Source: a virus (Duplodnaviria > Caudoviricetes). From it: 64,000 bases of DNA. The translations under genes and the position numbers were made by a program. The notes under the pieces are model-generated. The model searched no databases, was not told where the DNA came from, and was given only the letters and a program-made list of their open reading frames with translations. How positions within the stretch are numbered: position 1 is the first letter of the stretch; each line of letters begins with the position of its first letter. The stretch covers positions 1,258-65,257 of IMG/VR virus record IMGVR_UViG_3300021964_000052. One strand, given 5' to 3'. Positions 47,732-55,468 of the stretch are shown here, one piece after another.

Positions 47732-47888
47732 GATCACATCCTTTTTTATGTTGAAACCATCCTCCACATTTACACTTTATATAGTGAACTGTAGCTAATA
47801 CCATCGGTGAGCCGGCCATGGCAGTCCAAATGTTTGGATGCCAATGGTCGCCACAAATACCTAATACATGTTTAATAACTTCTATCAT
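47718..47888 (-). CDS. 56-aa His/Cys-rich protein (not in ORF track)
   Basis: MIEVIKHVLGICGDHWHPNIWT...CKCGGWFQHKKGCDHDLY; ATGA-coupled to 47885..48712. Confidence 0.65.
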   Translation of the reverse strand: MIEVIKHVLGICGDHWHPNIWTAMAGSPMVLATVHYIKCKCGGWFQHKKGCDHDLY

Positions 47889-48712
47889 ACTAATGCTGTT
47901 GCTAATTTAAATAATTCTTTATTAACTTTAAGATCTTTTTCAAACGATTTAATCTTTCTAACTTTTCTAACTTTAGCTCCAGTCAAAGCAGCATGAAAGT
48001 CTCCTTGAGTAATCTTCTCTTGTATTACGTTAAATACTCTCCATAAATCATCTCCTTTATCAGCCTCTCTTTTAGGTTCTAGGATATCATCGATAGTTTC
48101 CTCATCATAATCTAAAGTATCAACTCCAGCTCTAATTAACATAGCATCTAAAGCCATCTTTCTTTTTTCATCTTCAGTTAAAATTCTATTTTTCATATCG
48201 TTCATAACCTCAACTCTTTTAGGAAGATCATTAACTGCCTGCTTTACAACGTTTCTAAGCTCTTCAAACGAATAACCTTTGTGCTTAATTTTAAAGTCAC
48301 TAAACTGCTCATCAGCAACTACTAATCCATTAGAACAAACTAATCTAAAAATACCAACGCTAAATTTAAACGCTTGCATACCGTCATGAGAGTTAGTCAA
48401 TAAAATTCTAGGATAAGCATCATCACCGTCCTTAGAGGTAATCTTGATATCTGGATTCTGAAAAGCAACCATATGCTTACTAAAGATAGTACCTTCAGCT
48501 TTTCTAGATTTTCTTTGAGCTGCCTCTACTGGAAACCAGTTAAGTTTAGCTAAATCGTCAATGATAGTTTCTGTATTAACGAATAAATACTTATTAGTAA
48601 CGTCAGGATTAGTAGGAGCTTTAGCGAATACTAAAGGAGCCTGAGTGTTAATTTGATCCTTTGTAAGGTAAGAATCTAAACCATTTTGGAAATTCATAAG
48701 AATGTCTGCCAT
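47885..48712 (-). CDS. DUF932/DUF945 family protein
   Basis: KH.V.F, LTNSHDG..AF.F..G.FRLVCSNGL, LWRVFN.IQE. Confidence 0.85.
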   Translation of the reverse strand: MADILMNFQNGLDSYLTKDQINTQAPLVFAKAPTNPDVTNKYLFVNTETIIDDLAKLNWFPVEAAQRKSRKAEGTIFSKHMVAFQNPDIKITSKDGDDAYPRILLTNSHDGMQAFKFSVGIFRLVCSNGLVVADEQFSDFKIKHKGYSFEELRNVVKQAVNDLPKRVEVMNDMKNRILTEDEKRKMALDAMLIRAGVDTLDYDEETIDDILEPKREADKGDDLWRVFNVIQEKITQGDFHAALTGAKVRKVRKIKSFEKDLKVNKELFKLATALV

Positions 48713-48740
48713 AACCTTTATTTTTTTTAAATTATTTATA

Positions 48741-48776
48741 CTATAAATATAAGAATAATAGTTCAGTTACGCAACT
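48741..48776 (-). promoter_or_regulatory. Putative early promoter
   Basis: AGTTG-N20-TATATTTATAG, followed by AATAAAGGTTATG. Confidence 0.8.
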
Positions 48777-48782
48777 ATTTTA

Positions 48783-48983
48783 CTATATATTTTCATACTC
48801 AATATCATCTATAAACCTAACTATCAAAAACCATTCATTATGTCTCAATACATGATCACAGTGTAGATAATCTCTCCAAGCTTTTAAACCTACCATGTTA
48901 CCATTAACTTGTTCTACTTTAATTTTTCTAACAAGTTGATACATGATGCCGTTAAATTCTATTATTTGAGTGTTCATTACCAA
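48783..48983 (-). CDS. Small hypothetical protein
   Basis: ORF track. Confidence 0.7.
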   Translation of the reverse strand: MVMNTQIIEFNGIMYQLVRKIKVEQVNGNMVGLKAWRDYLHCDHVLRHNEWFLIVRFIDDIEYENI

Positions 48984-49270
48984 ACTTTAACTGCTTCTAA
49001 TAGCTTCCATGTATCTATTGCTTCATCAGACATATTTAATTCATGATAATGATCCAAACAGCTAGTTAAAGATACTTCCCATTGAGAAAAAGGAAGAGAT
49101 ATTTCAAAAACTCTATCAAAATCTTCAAAAGTAATTTCAAATAATACAGCAGACTTATGTCCTCCTATCATTGCTTTTTCTATTCCGGAAACTATTTGAT
49201 TAGTTACCTTAGTAGACTTATTCTTGAAAAGTTGTTCAAACTCTTTTGTACTGTTAAAATGTAGCTTCAT
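48977..49270 (-). CDS. Hypothetical protein
   Basis: ORF track. Confidence 0.75.
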   Translation of the reverse strand: MKLHFNSTKEFEQLFKNKSTKVTNQIVSGIEKAMIGGHKSAVLFEITFEDFDRVFEISLPFSQWEVSLTSCLDHYHELNMSDEAIDTWKLLEAVKVW

Positions 49271-49271
49271 A

Positions 49272-49598
49272 CTATTCTCTGCTTTGTGACTGTTCCATCA
49301 TAGTTTCATAGTAAGGACTATTAACCATTTTTTCATTAAACGTTTTGTATACTGCCTTATTAGTCCCATACATATACAAAGGACCGTCATACTCATAAGT
49401 AATAAAAGGAATATTTTCTAAGTCAGTTTGACCTTGCTTAGGTTGATACTCAGGTTTAGAATATCTTCTTTTACTATCAAATGATCTAAACTCTCTAGAA
49501 GTTACTCTATACCATTTACCTTTGATTTCGACTTCCAATACTGCCTCAGTAGGAAAATCGTATACTAATTTTTCTAAATGTCCTTTTTTTTCTGCCAT
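49272..49598 (-). CDS. Hypothetical protein
   Basis: ORF track; AATAAAGGTTATG start. Confidence 0.75.
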   Translation of the reverse strand: MAEKKGHLEKLVYDFPTEAVLEVEIKGKWYRVTSREFRSFDSKRRYSKPEYQPKQGQTDLENIPFITYEYDGPLYMYGTNKAVYKTFNEKMVNSPYYETMMEQSQSRE

Positions 49599-49613
49599 AA
49601 CCTTTATTTCTAG

Positions 49614-49753
49614 TATCGGGGGAGGGACTCGAACCCTCGACCTCTTTGACCCTTTTGCTTTTTACGATCGATTATTACAAGTAATACTTTACGTTTAAGA
49701 ATTACTACGCTCCAGGTTAAGTCAAAACGAGCTACCTACTGCTCTACCCCGTT
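49614..49753 (-). ncRNA. tRNA-like RNA (140 nt) with a 70-nt insert in place of the anticodon loop
   Basis: AACGGGG/CCCCGAT acceptor, GAGC-AGTAGGTA-GCTC D arm, TTTTGAC/GTCAAAG stem, AGGTC, GAGGG-TTCGAGT-CCCTC T arm. Confidence 0.8.
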
Positions 49754-49760
49754 ATATTAT

Positions 49761-49794
49761 CTAAATATAAGAAAATACTATCAAATATCCAACT
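49761..49794 (-). promoter_or_regulatory. Promoter immediately upstream of the tRNA-like RNA
   Basis: AGTTG-N20-TATATTTAG. Confidence 0.75.
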
Positions 49795-50374
49795 GATACC
49801 CATTGAATGTTTTAATGTATTCAGTTAATTTTACTCTGTTTCCATCTTCAAACATTGTACCATTTCTAACCCATTTCTTTACGCTTCCTGGTCCTACTAG
49901 ATGAGCTGCAGCTAATAATCCAGACTCAGTAACTAATATTCCGTTTACTAACTGTCTATCATATTTTTTTATTTGTCTTTTAAGAACTTTCTTATTAGCT
50001 TTAAGAAGTTTGACTATAGCTTCTTCTTGAATGTCTGGAGAGTTTAAGAATTCGGCTCTACTTATATTGTAACCTAATCCTTTAAGAGTACTACTACCAA
50101 ACTGGTACTTTCCCATATACCCATATTGATTTACTACGTCATATCTATTACTTGATTCTCTATGTCCTAAATCATTTAAAAAACTATCTAGGTTAGGAAT
50201 CTCATCTATCATAACTGCTTCTATTTCTATTGGAATAGTAACTACCTCTTTAGCTTCTATTTCAGATATCTTTTCTATATTATGGTAAGCCATATAGCCG
50301 AACGATGCAAGCATAAAACTAAATAAAACAAATGCAAAGCCCAGAACGAATTCTATGTTTTCTAATTTTTTCAT
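49781..50374 (-). CDS. Lysozyme/transglycosylase-like protein with N-terminal TM anchor
   Basis: HRESSNRYDVVN.YGYMGKYQFG, F...P..QE, LAAAHL.G.G. Confidence 0.75.
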   Translation of the reverse strand: MKKLENIEFVLGFAFVLFSFMLASFGYMAYHNIEKISEIEAKEVVTIPIEIEAVMIDEIPNLDSFLNDLGHRESSNRYDVVNQYGYMGKYQFGSSTLKGLGYNISRAEFLNSPDIQEEAIVKLLKANKKVLKRQIKKYDRQLVNGILVTESGLLAAAHLVGPGSVKKWVRNGTMFEDGNRVKLTEYIKTFNGYQLDI

Positions 50375-50388
50375 ATTTAAGTTTTTGA

Positions 50389-50541
50389 TTAAAATAAATC
50401 TAAGAATGATGTGTTGATATTCTTATCTTTTAGTTTCTCATTTCTCTCATGAGTTTTAACTAATTTATCCGCTACTTGTCTTTCGAGCGGCTTTCTTTTT
50501 TTCCAAGTGGAAAATTTACCTTTAGGTTGTTTTTTAGACAT
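50389..50541 (-). CDS. 50-aa basic protein (not in ORF track)
   Basis: MSKKQPKGKFSTWKKRKPLERQVADKL...SFLDLF. Confidence 0.6.
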   Translation of the reverse strand: MSKKQPKGKFSTWKKRKPLERQVADKLVKTHERNEKLKDKNINTSFLDLF

Positions 50542-50547
50542 ATATAA

Positions 50548-50682
50548 TTATATAGTTCTATACCTTCTCTTTTTGTTAAGCTGTACCCTAGTAGCATTAC
50601 CAAGAAACTTCTTTAACTGAACTCTATTATTAAAGTTATCTCTTTCAGAGTTTAGTTGAGTATTACCGTTTTGTTGTTCCAT
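50548..50682 (-). CDS. 44-aa basic protein (not in ORF track)
   Basis: MEQQNGNTQLNSERDNFNNRV...KKRRYRTI; CTATTTATA upstream. Confidence 0.6.
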   Translation of the reverse strand: MEQQNGNTQLNSERDNFNNRVQLKKFLGNATRVQLNKKRRYRTI

Positions 50683-50702
50683 GTTTAAGTTAATAATTAG
50701 CT

Positions 50703-50711
50703 TATAAATAG
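50703..50711 (-). promoter_or_regulatory. Putative late promoter (CTATTTATA)
   Basis: Intergenic motif. Confidence 0.5.
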
Positions 50712-51344
50712 TTATAAATGTGATATAAATTCATCTCCAGGATTAGAATCTTCTTCGTATAATCCTAGTTCTTTTAAATGTTCAATATGATGTTCATCTA
50801 AGTCCCAATCAGGCTCATCATCTTTTGTTCTCACGTAATCTTCCATTGCCTCTGCACGTTTCTCATCTATAGGAGAAGCTGCATAAAGAAAGGAATGATT
50901 GTAGCAGAGAAACTCTAAATTTTCTAAGTGCCAATTTTTTTTATTGCCGTCTTTAAAGTTAAGTATAACCGGTATCTTCTGGTCAGTCACTCTTCTTTCA
51001 GCAAATCCACACTTAGCACAAACTTCAACTAACTTACCTTCACTCAGTAATCTAGCTTTTATCTTTCTAGGATCAAAATGCTCAATAGGAACCCTTCCTT
51101 CTAATAAATCTAAAAGAGGTATTTCTTTATTACCTGAAACAGCAAATTTAGGAATTCCTTCACCTGCTTGATTCATATGAACTTCTAATAAAGTAACTCC
51201 ATCATCATTCTTATACATTTTAGCGTACTTCTTATAGTGGTTATAAGAGACATGTAAGTACCTTGCAGCTGCTAAGTTTGAACGAGTTACTTTTTGAGCT
51301 CGAAGAATATCTTCTTTAGTTAATATTTTAGAGGGTCTTGCCAT
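50712..51344 (-). CDS. HTH + degenerate HNH-like domain protein
   Basis: AAARYLHVSY HTH; CAKC...LNFKDGNKKN..LENL.FLC.NH. Confidence 0.7.
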   Translation of the reverse strand: MARPSKILTKEDILRAQKVTRSNLAAARYLHVSYNHYKKYAKMYKNDDGVTLLEVHMNQAGEGIPKFAVSGNKEIPLLDLLEGRVPIEHFDPRKIKARLLSEGKLVEVCAKCGFAERRVTDQKIPVILNFKDGNKKNWHLENLEFLCYNHSFLYAASPIDEKRAEAMEDYVRTKDDEPDWDLDEHHIEHLKELGLYEEDSNPGDEFISHL

Positions 51345-51736
51345 TAGTAATCTATACCTTCTATACCTTCCATTTCTTTATTAGGATCAAACATATCTTG
51401 TTCAGATTCCTTAAAATCTTCACTAAGAACCTTACTTACCTCTTCCTTAACTGATTGAGAAATAGCTGCTTCATCCTTATCTAAATCTAACATTTCAATA
51501 TGAACTGACTTACCTGTTAATTCAGCTTCCTTCTTTTTAATAGAAATGTATTGATCTTGTTCCATAATTATAATATCATTATAAGTATGATCACCTGTAC
51601 CTTCAACAGTAGTTACTCCTACTTTAGGTTTAACAGTAGAACAGTTAACACATACGTGGTAACCTAATTCCTTTCTTAATACGGGTAAAACGTCCTCTAG
51701 ACATGAAGGACAATTAGTCATCTGTAGTTTTTGCAT
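51344..51736 (-). CDS. TraR/DksA-like C4 zinc-finger protein with acidic tail
   Basis: CPSC..DVLPVLR.ELGY..CVNCS. Confidence 0.6.
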   Translation of the reverse strand: MQKLQMTNCPSCLEDVLPVLRKELGYHVCVNCSTVKPKVGVTTVEGTGDHTYNDIIIMEQDQYISIKKKEAELTGKSVHIEMLDLDKDEAAISQSVKEEVSKVLSEDFKESEQDMFDPNKEMEGIEGIDY

Positions 51737-51764
51737 ATAATATAACCTTTTTAATTAAACAATA

Positions 51765-51799
51765 CATAAAGATACGAATAAAAGTTCGGGGAGGCAACT
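51765..51799 (-). promoter_or_regulatory. Putative early promoter
   Basis: AGTTG-N20-TATCTTTATG. Confidence 0.75.
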
Positions 51800-51800
51800 T

Positions 51801-52205
51801 TTAACTATTAAATTTAGTAATTACTTTCCATACATCATTAGATGATTTAAAAGGTACTATCTTCTCTTTTTTATTCATTTTAATAGTAATAGTACCGTCC
51901 CATTCCTTATCAGGGTGAAGTTGATATAGGTACATCTGTATTAAATCTAATTGTTCCTTATTAAAGCAAAGTTTAAATAGATTTTCTATAATATTAAAGA
52001 ATTTATCTTCGTATGCCGTAACGTCAATTCCTATTTCGCTTTGAAGGAAATCTCTTCTATCATCTATTTCCTTTAGAGCATCTATTACTTTTATAAAAAT
52101 CATTCTATCCATAGATTTTCTATCTAATCCTTTAGTCGCAATTCTATAAGAGATAGGATGAATTGCGAATAAAGTCTTTCTAAGTACTTTAATTGGGTTT
52201 TTCAT
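51801..52205 (-). CDS. Hypothetical protein
   Basis: ORF track. Confidence 0.75.
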   Translation of the reverse strand: MKNPIKVLRKTLFAIHPISYRIATKGLDRKSMDRMIFIKVIDALKEIDDRRDFLQSEIGIDVTAYEDKFFNIIENLFKLCFNKEQLDLIQMYLYQLHPDKEWDGTITIKMNKKEKIVPFKSSNDVWKVITKFNS

Positions 52206-52225
52206 TTGCTCTAACCTAGAGTAAA

Positions 52226-52594
52226 TTATTCGATATCGTCGCTGGGTTCAGAATTAGGATTCTGTTTTGAAAGAGCTTTTCGTATAATCCTATCAAAATA
52301 TTCTATATAGATAAAAAATCCAATTATAGTTTTGTCTTTAAGATTTCTGTCTCTTTCTACCTTTAATTCATATTCACTTAATCCAGATTCTAATCTAGAT
52401 TCTAATTCGATTGCGATATCGTTTTGTTCAGTAGAAGAAATTGATCCAAATTTTGTGGGTATAAACTGTACCTTAACACCTTTTTTCTGTGGATCCTCGT
52501 TTGTGTCTATTTTAAGTAAAAAAGTATGTCCAGCAAAGTTTATTTTTGCTGCTTCTGATATTACTTGTTTTACTATTTCTTTAAGTTTGTCCAT
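52226..52594 (-). CDS. Hypothetical protein (MDKLKEIVKQVISE N-terminus)
   Basis: ORF track; both promoter motifs upstream. Confidence 0.75.
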   Translation of the reverse strand: MDKLKEIVKQVISEAAKINFAGHTFLLKIDTNEDPQKKGVKVQFIPTKFGSISSTEQNDIAIELESRLESGLSEYELKVERDRNLKDKTIIGFFIYIEYFDRIIRKALSKQNPNSEPSDDIE

Positions 52595-52597
52595 AAT

Positions 52598-52637
52598 TTA
52601 AATATACGAAATAATATTGTAGTATACAAATAAATAG
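52598..52637 (-). promoter_or_regulatory. Stacked early-type and late-type promoter motifs
   Basis: CTATTTAT immediately followed by TTG-N20-TATATTTAA. Confidence 0.5.
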
Positions 52638-52811
52638 CTACCCAAATAACATTTGTTTACTATTAGAAGAACCTTCACTAATAATCTTATGATCTACAAT
52701 ATGTCTGTTCCTACACCATTGCTCAATTGACCATTCAATTCTATCAGTTGTAAGTTCTACTTCTTCTTTAATTCCGTTTGCGTGAGTAAACTCTATAATG
52801 TATTTTTTCAT
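52638..52811 (-). CDS. 57-aa hypothetical protein (not in ORF track)
   Basis: MKKYIIEFTHANGIKEEVELTTDRIEWSIEQW...KQMLFG; ATGA-coupled. Confidence 0.7.
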   Translation of the reverse strand: MKKYIIEFTHANGIKEEVELTTDRIEWSIEQWCRNRHIVDHKIISEGSSNSKQMLFG

Positions 52812-53971
52812 AGTTTAAGTAAATCGTTAGTATATGACTTTAATTTTTTTATATTAATAAATAGATTTCCTAATTTGAATTCTCCTACTTCACCATTGTT
52901 ATCTAGAATTTGTGATAATTGCTGAATAATATTATAGTCTTCCTTAGTAAAAGTTTTTGATTTAATTCTAATAAAAATATCTACCTGTTTAAATGTATTA
53001 AACTTATCCTTTAAAGGTACAATTGTATTAGGTTGTTCTTTATTAATATAGTTTTCTAATATTTCGTCTGGAGTATCTGTTAAGTTAATATTATCTGCCC
53101 ATGGTTCTAAAGCTTCTAAAAGTTCAGGAGTGCATTCATCTATCCATAAACCTATATTGTACTTATTAGGTATTATAGGTTTCATAAGAGAGTCGTGTAA
53201 TACAAAATGTCCCCATTTACGAATAAAGTTACGTCCGTTCTTAGTAGTAGTCTGTATCCATTCTTGGCTGTTTTTGCCAGCAGCTCCTCCTGAATGTTTA
53301 TTAAATCTAGATCCTCTAGAAGTAAAGTGGTATACTAATGCATCCCATGGTTGGATGAATTTATACCCATTAAGTTGGAATCGATTAAACAAGTCCGAGT
53401 CTTCTTTAGATTGAGGAGCAAATAATTCATCATGTCCTCCTACAGCTAAAAAATCTTCTTTATACATACACCATGGAGCAAAAATACCTTCAGTAGTCTT
53501 ATCCTCTTTTAATTTATCGCTTCCTTCATACCAAGCATCAATATTAAATTCATCTACTTCTATACCGTAGTTACGAAGAATCTTTTCTGGTCCATCAGGA
53601 TGTAATGGTGGTTCAACTCTAGTTCCGGAAACTACTTTACCTCTTTCTAAATGCTTAAGAATATTTTTATCGTAATCTCTACATACAACCATATCGGAAT
53701 GGAAAGCACAAATTATATCTGTACGTGCCATTTCTATTCCTCTATCAAACATACCAACGATTCCTATCCTATCTGGTCCTGGGTTATGAAAAGTAATAAG
53801 ATCCAAATCATCTTGAGCATCAATCCAATCTTGAGTACCGTCTGTTGAGGCATCATTAAGAACTAATATTTCATGCTTAGTTTCTAAATCTCTAATGGAT
53901 TTATAAGCTAGTTGTAAAAACTCTAGATTATTTCTAGAGGGTATAACAAATGTAATTTTATTTAAATTCAT
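52808..53971 (-). CDS. GT2 glycosyltransferase
   Basis: TFVIPSRN, NDASTDGT, HSDM, VGGHD.LF...EDSD..R. Confidence 0.9.
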   Translation of the reverse strand: MNLNKITFVIPSRNNLEFLQLAYKSIRDLETKHEILVLNDASTDGTQDWIDAQDDLDLITFHNPGPDRIGIVGMFDRGIEMARTDIICAFHSDMVVCRDYDKNILKHLERGKVVSGTRVEPPLHPDGPEKILRNYGIEVDEFNIDAWYEGSDKLKEDKTTEGIFAPWCMYKEDFLAVGGHDELFAPQSKEDSDLFNRFQLNGYKFIQPWDALVYHFTSRGSRFNKHSGGAAGKNSQEWIQTTTKNGRNFIRKWGHFVLHDSLMKPIIPNKYNIGLWIDECTPELLEALEPWADNINLTDTPDEILENYINKEQPNTIVPLKDKFNTFKQVDIFIRIKSKTFTKEDYNIIQQLSQILDNNGEVGEFKLGNLFINIKKLKSYTNDLLKL

Positions 53972-54797
53972 TTTCTATATAATCTTGAATATTAATAGTT
54001 GCTTTCCATCCTAATACTTCTTCAGCAGTAGTATCTGTGTTAAGAGTATTTCTAGCTTCACCAGGTCTAGCCGGTACGTATTTAAAGTCTACTCCTATCA
54101 TTCTAATTAATTCATTTATAGAATAGTTCTCTCCTCTTCCTAACTCAAACTCATACCCCCAAGCTTTTTGCTCACCTATTTTATAGAGTGCAGAAACTAT
54201 ATCATCTATATGAGTAAAGTCTCTTCTTTGATTACCATCTCCTGTAACTAAAAGAGTTTTATTATCTCTAAAAGCTTTTAACCAAATACCGATAACAGTA
54301 CAGTACCCTCCTACTTCTAATTGATAGGGACCATAAACGTTATAGAATCTAGCAATAGAGGCTTTTAAACCGTAATGCTTTTGATAAAGTTCTACAATAT
54401 CCTCTCCTACATCCTTAGAAAAAGTATAAGGGTTTTTAAATCTACCACTATGTTTAGAAGACGATCCTGCGTAAACTATAGGTACGTTATTTTTTGCACA
54501 CCAATCAATTAAATTTAAACTTCCGTTCGCGTTTGTAGTAAAGTAATCAATTGGATTTTTAAATGAAGGTTGAATCCTAGCAATAGCAGCCATATGAAAT
54601 ACTAGATTTGGTTCTAACCAGGAATAGTCTTTTATGTTTCTAATATCATAATTAAGGTATTCACATCCTTCAATATGATTCTCTTTTAATCCAGTATGGT
54701 AGTTATCTATACTAACTACTTGATGACCTTCTCTAAGAAGTCTAATAATTAGATTTGTTCCTACAAATCCTGCTCCTCCTGTAACAATTATTTTCAT
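53958..54797 (-). CDS. NAD-dependent sugar epimerase/dehydratase (extended SDR)
   Basis: TGGAGFVG, YTFSK, RFYNVYGP, GDG.Q.RDF.HIDD. Confidence 0.92.
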   Translation of the reverse strand: MKIIVTGGAGFVGTNLIIRLLREGHQVVSIDNYHTGLKENHIEGCEYLNYDIRNIKDYSWLEPNLVFHMAAIARIQPSFKNPIDYFTTNANGSLNLIDWCAKNNVPIVYAGSSSKHSGRFKNPYTFSKDVGEDIVELYQKHYGLKASIARFYNVYGPYQLEVGGYCTVIGIWLKAFRDNKTLLVTGDGNQRRDFTHIDDIVSALYKIGEQKAWGYEFELGRGENYSINELIRMIGVDFKYVPARPGEARNTLNTDTTAEEVLGWKATINIQDYIENEFK

Positions 54798-55468
54798 TTT
54801 AATCTTCTGATTTTAGTTTTTTCAAACGTTGTATCGTAGTAGAGAATAGCGTTGCCATATAGCTCTTTCATACGTTTTACTTCTTCAAGATAGTAAATTT
54901 CTTGCAGAAAGTCAACTTTATTTAACTCTAATCCTGCATAAGTATAAGGTTCGAAATGTAATGAAGGATGTTTGTTCTCTAAACATTTCTGTTTGTACTT
55001 TTCAAAATTAGTTAAATCAAATACCTCTAGGTATAATTCTGATGTCATAAAGAATAGCTCACTACGGTAAGGTAAACTTTTATTGTCGTTGAAAATACCT
55101 TCATTATCAAAGCACCACTGTCTAGGAATTCCTCCAACTTTACAATTAGAATTTTTAAAATCTTCAAACATATCTTTCATAAGAGATGGTTGTTCAAATA
55201 TCATATCTGCATGATAATGTAAAACAAAAGGTTGAGTAATTAAATCCCTTCCAGCTGATGCTAGATATAAGGCACCCATGTGCTTGCCTGGGTTGTTATC
55301 CAGCCAATATATTGAAAGGTTAGTCTCTTCTTTTATTTGCTTTATCCTTTCTTTATTTTCATTATTAGTTATGTAATGAAATTTATAAGGTAGCTCTACA
55401 TCTTTGAATATATGATACTGAGTGATTAACTCTTCTACGTCGTAACAGGTAACTATAACATCTAACAT
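54794..55468 (-). CDS. Putative GT-A fold glycosyltransferase
   Basis: NPGKHMGA, HYHADM; cluster context. Confidence 0.45.
   Translation of the reverse strand: MLDVIVTCYDVEELITQYHIFKDVELPYKFHYITNNENKERIKQIKEETNLSIYWLDNNPGKHMGALYLASAGRDLITQPFVLHYHADMIFEQPSLMKDMFEDFKNSNCKVGGIPRQWCFDNEGIFNDNKSLPYRSELFFMTSELYLEVFDLTNFEKYKQKCLENKHPSLHFEPYTYAGLELNKVDFLQEIYYLEEVKRMKELYGNAILYYDTTFEKTKIRRLK

Noticed and set aside
41748-48776. Dispersed 35-60 bp repeats as a CRISPR array
   Set aside because: They are separated by whole genes at irregular distances and match promoter/leader structure; no cas operon is present.
49614-49753. tmRNA or group I intron reading of the tRNA-like element
   Set aside because: It has a full D stem and C3-G70 rather than G3-U70, and the insert is far too short for either; the short VKYYL-stop frame in the insert is probably chance.
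4270-51344. GIY-YIG and HNH-like genes (4270, 39696, 50712) as intron-encoded mobile elements
   Set aside because: They are free-standing and interrupt no gene; the HNH-like one appears to lack the first catalytic His.
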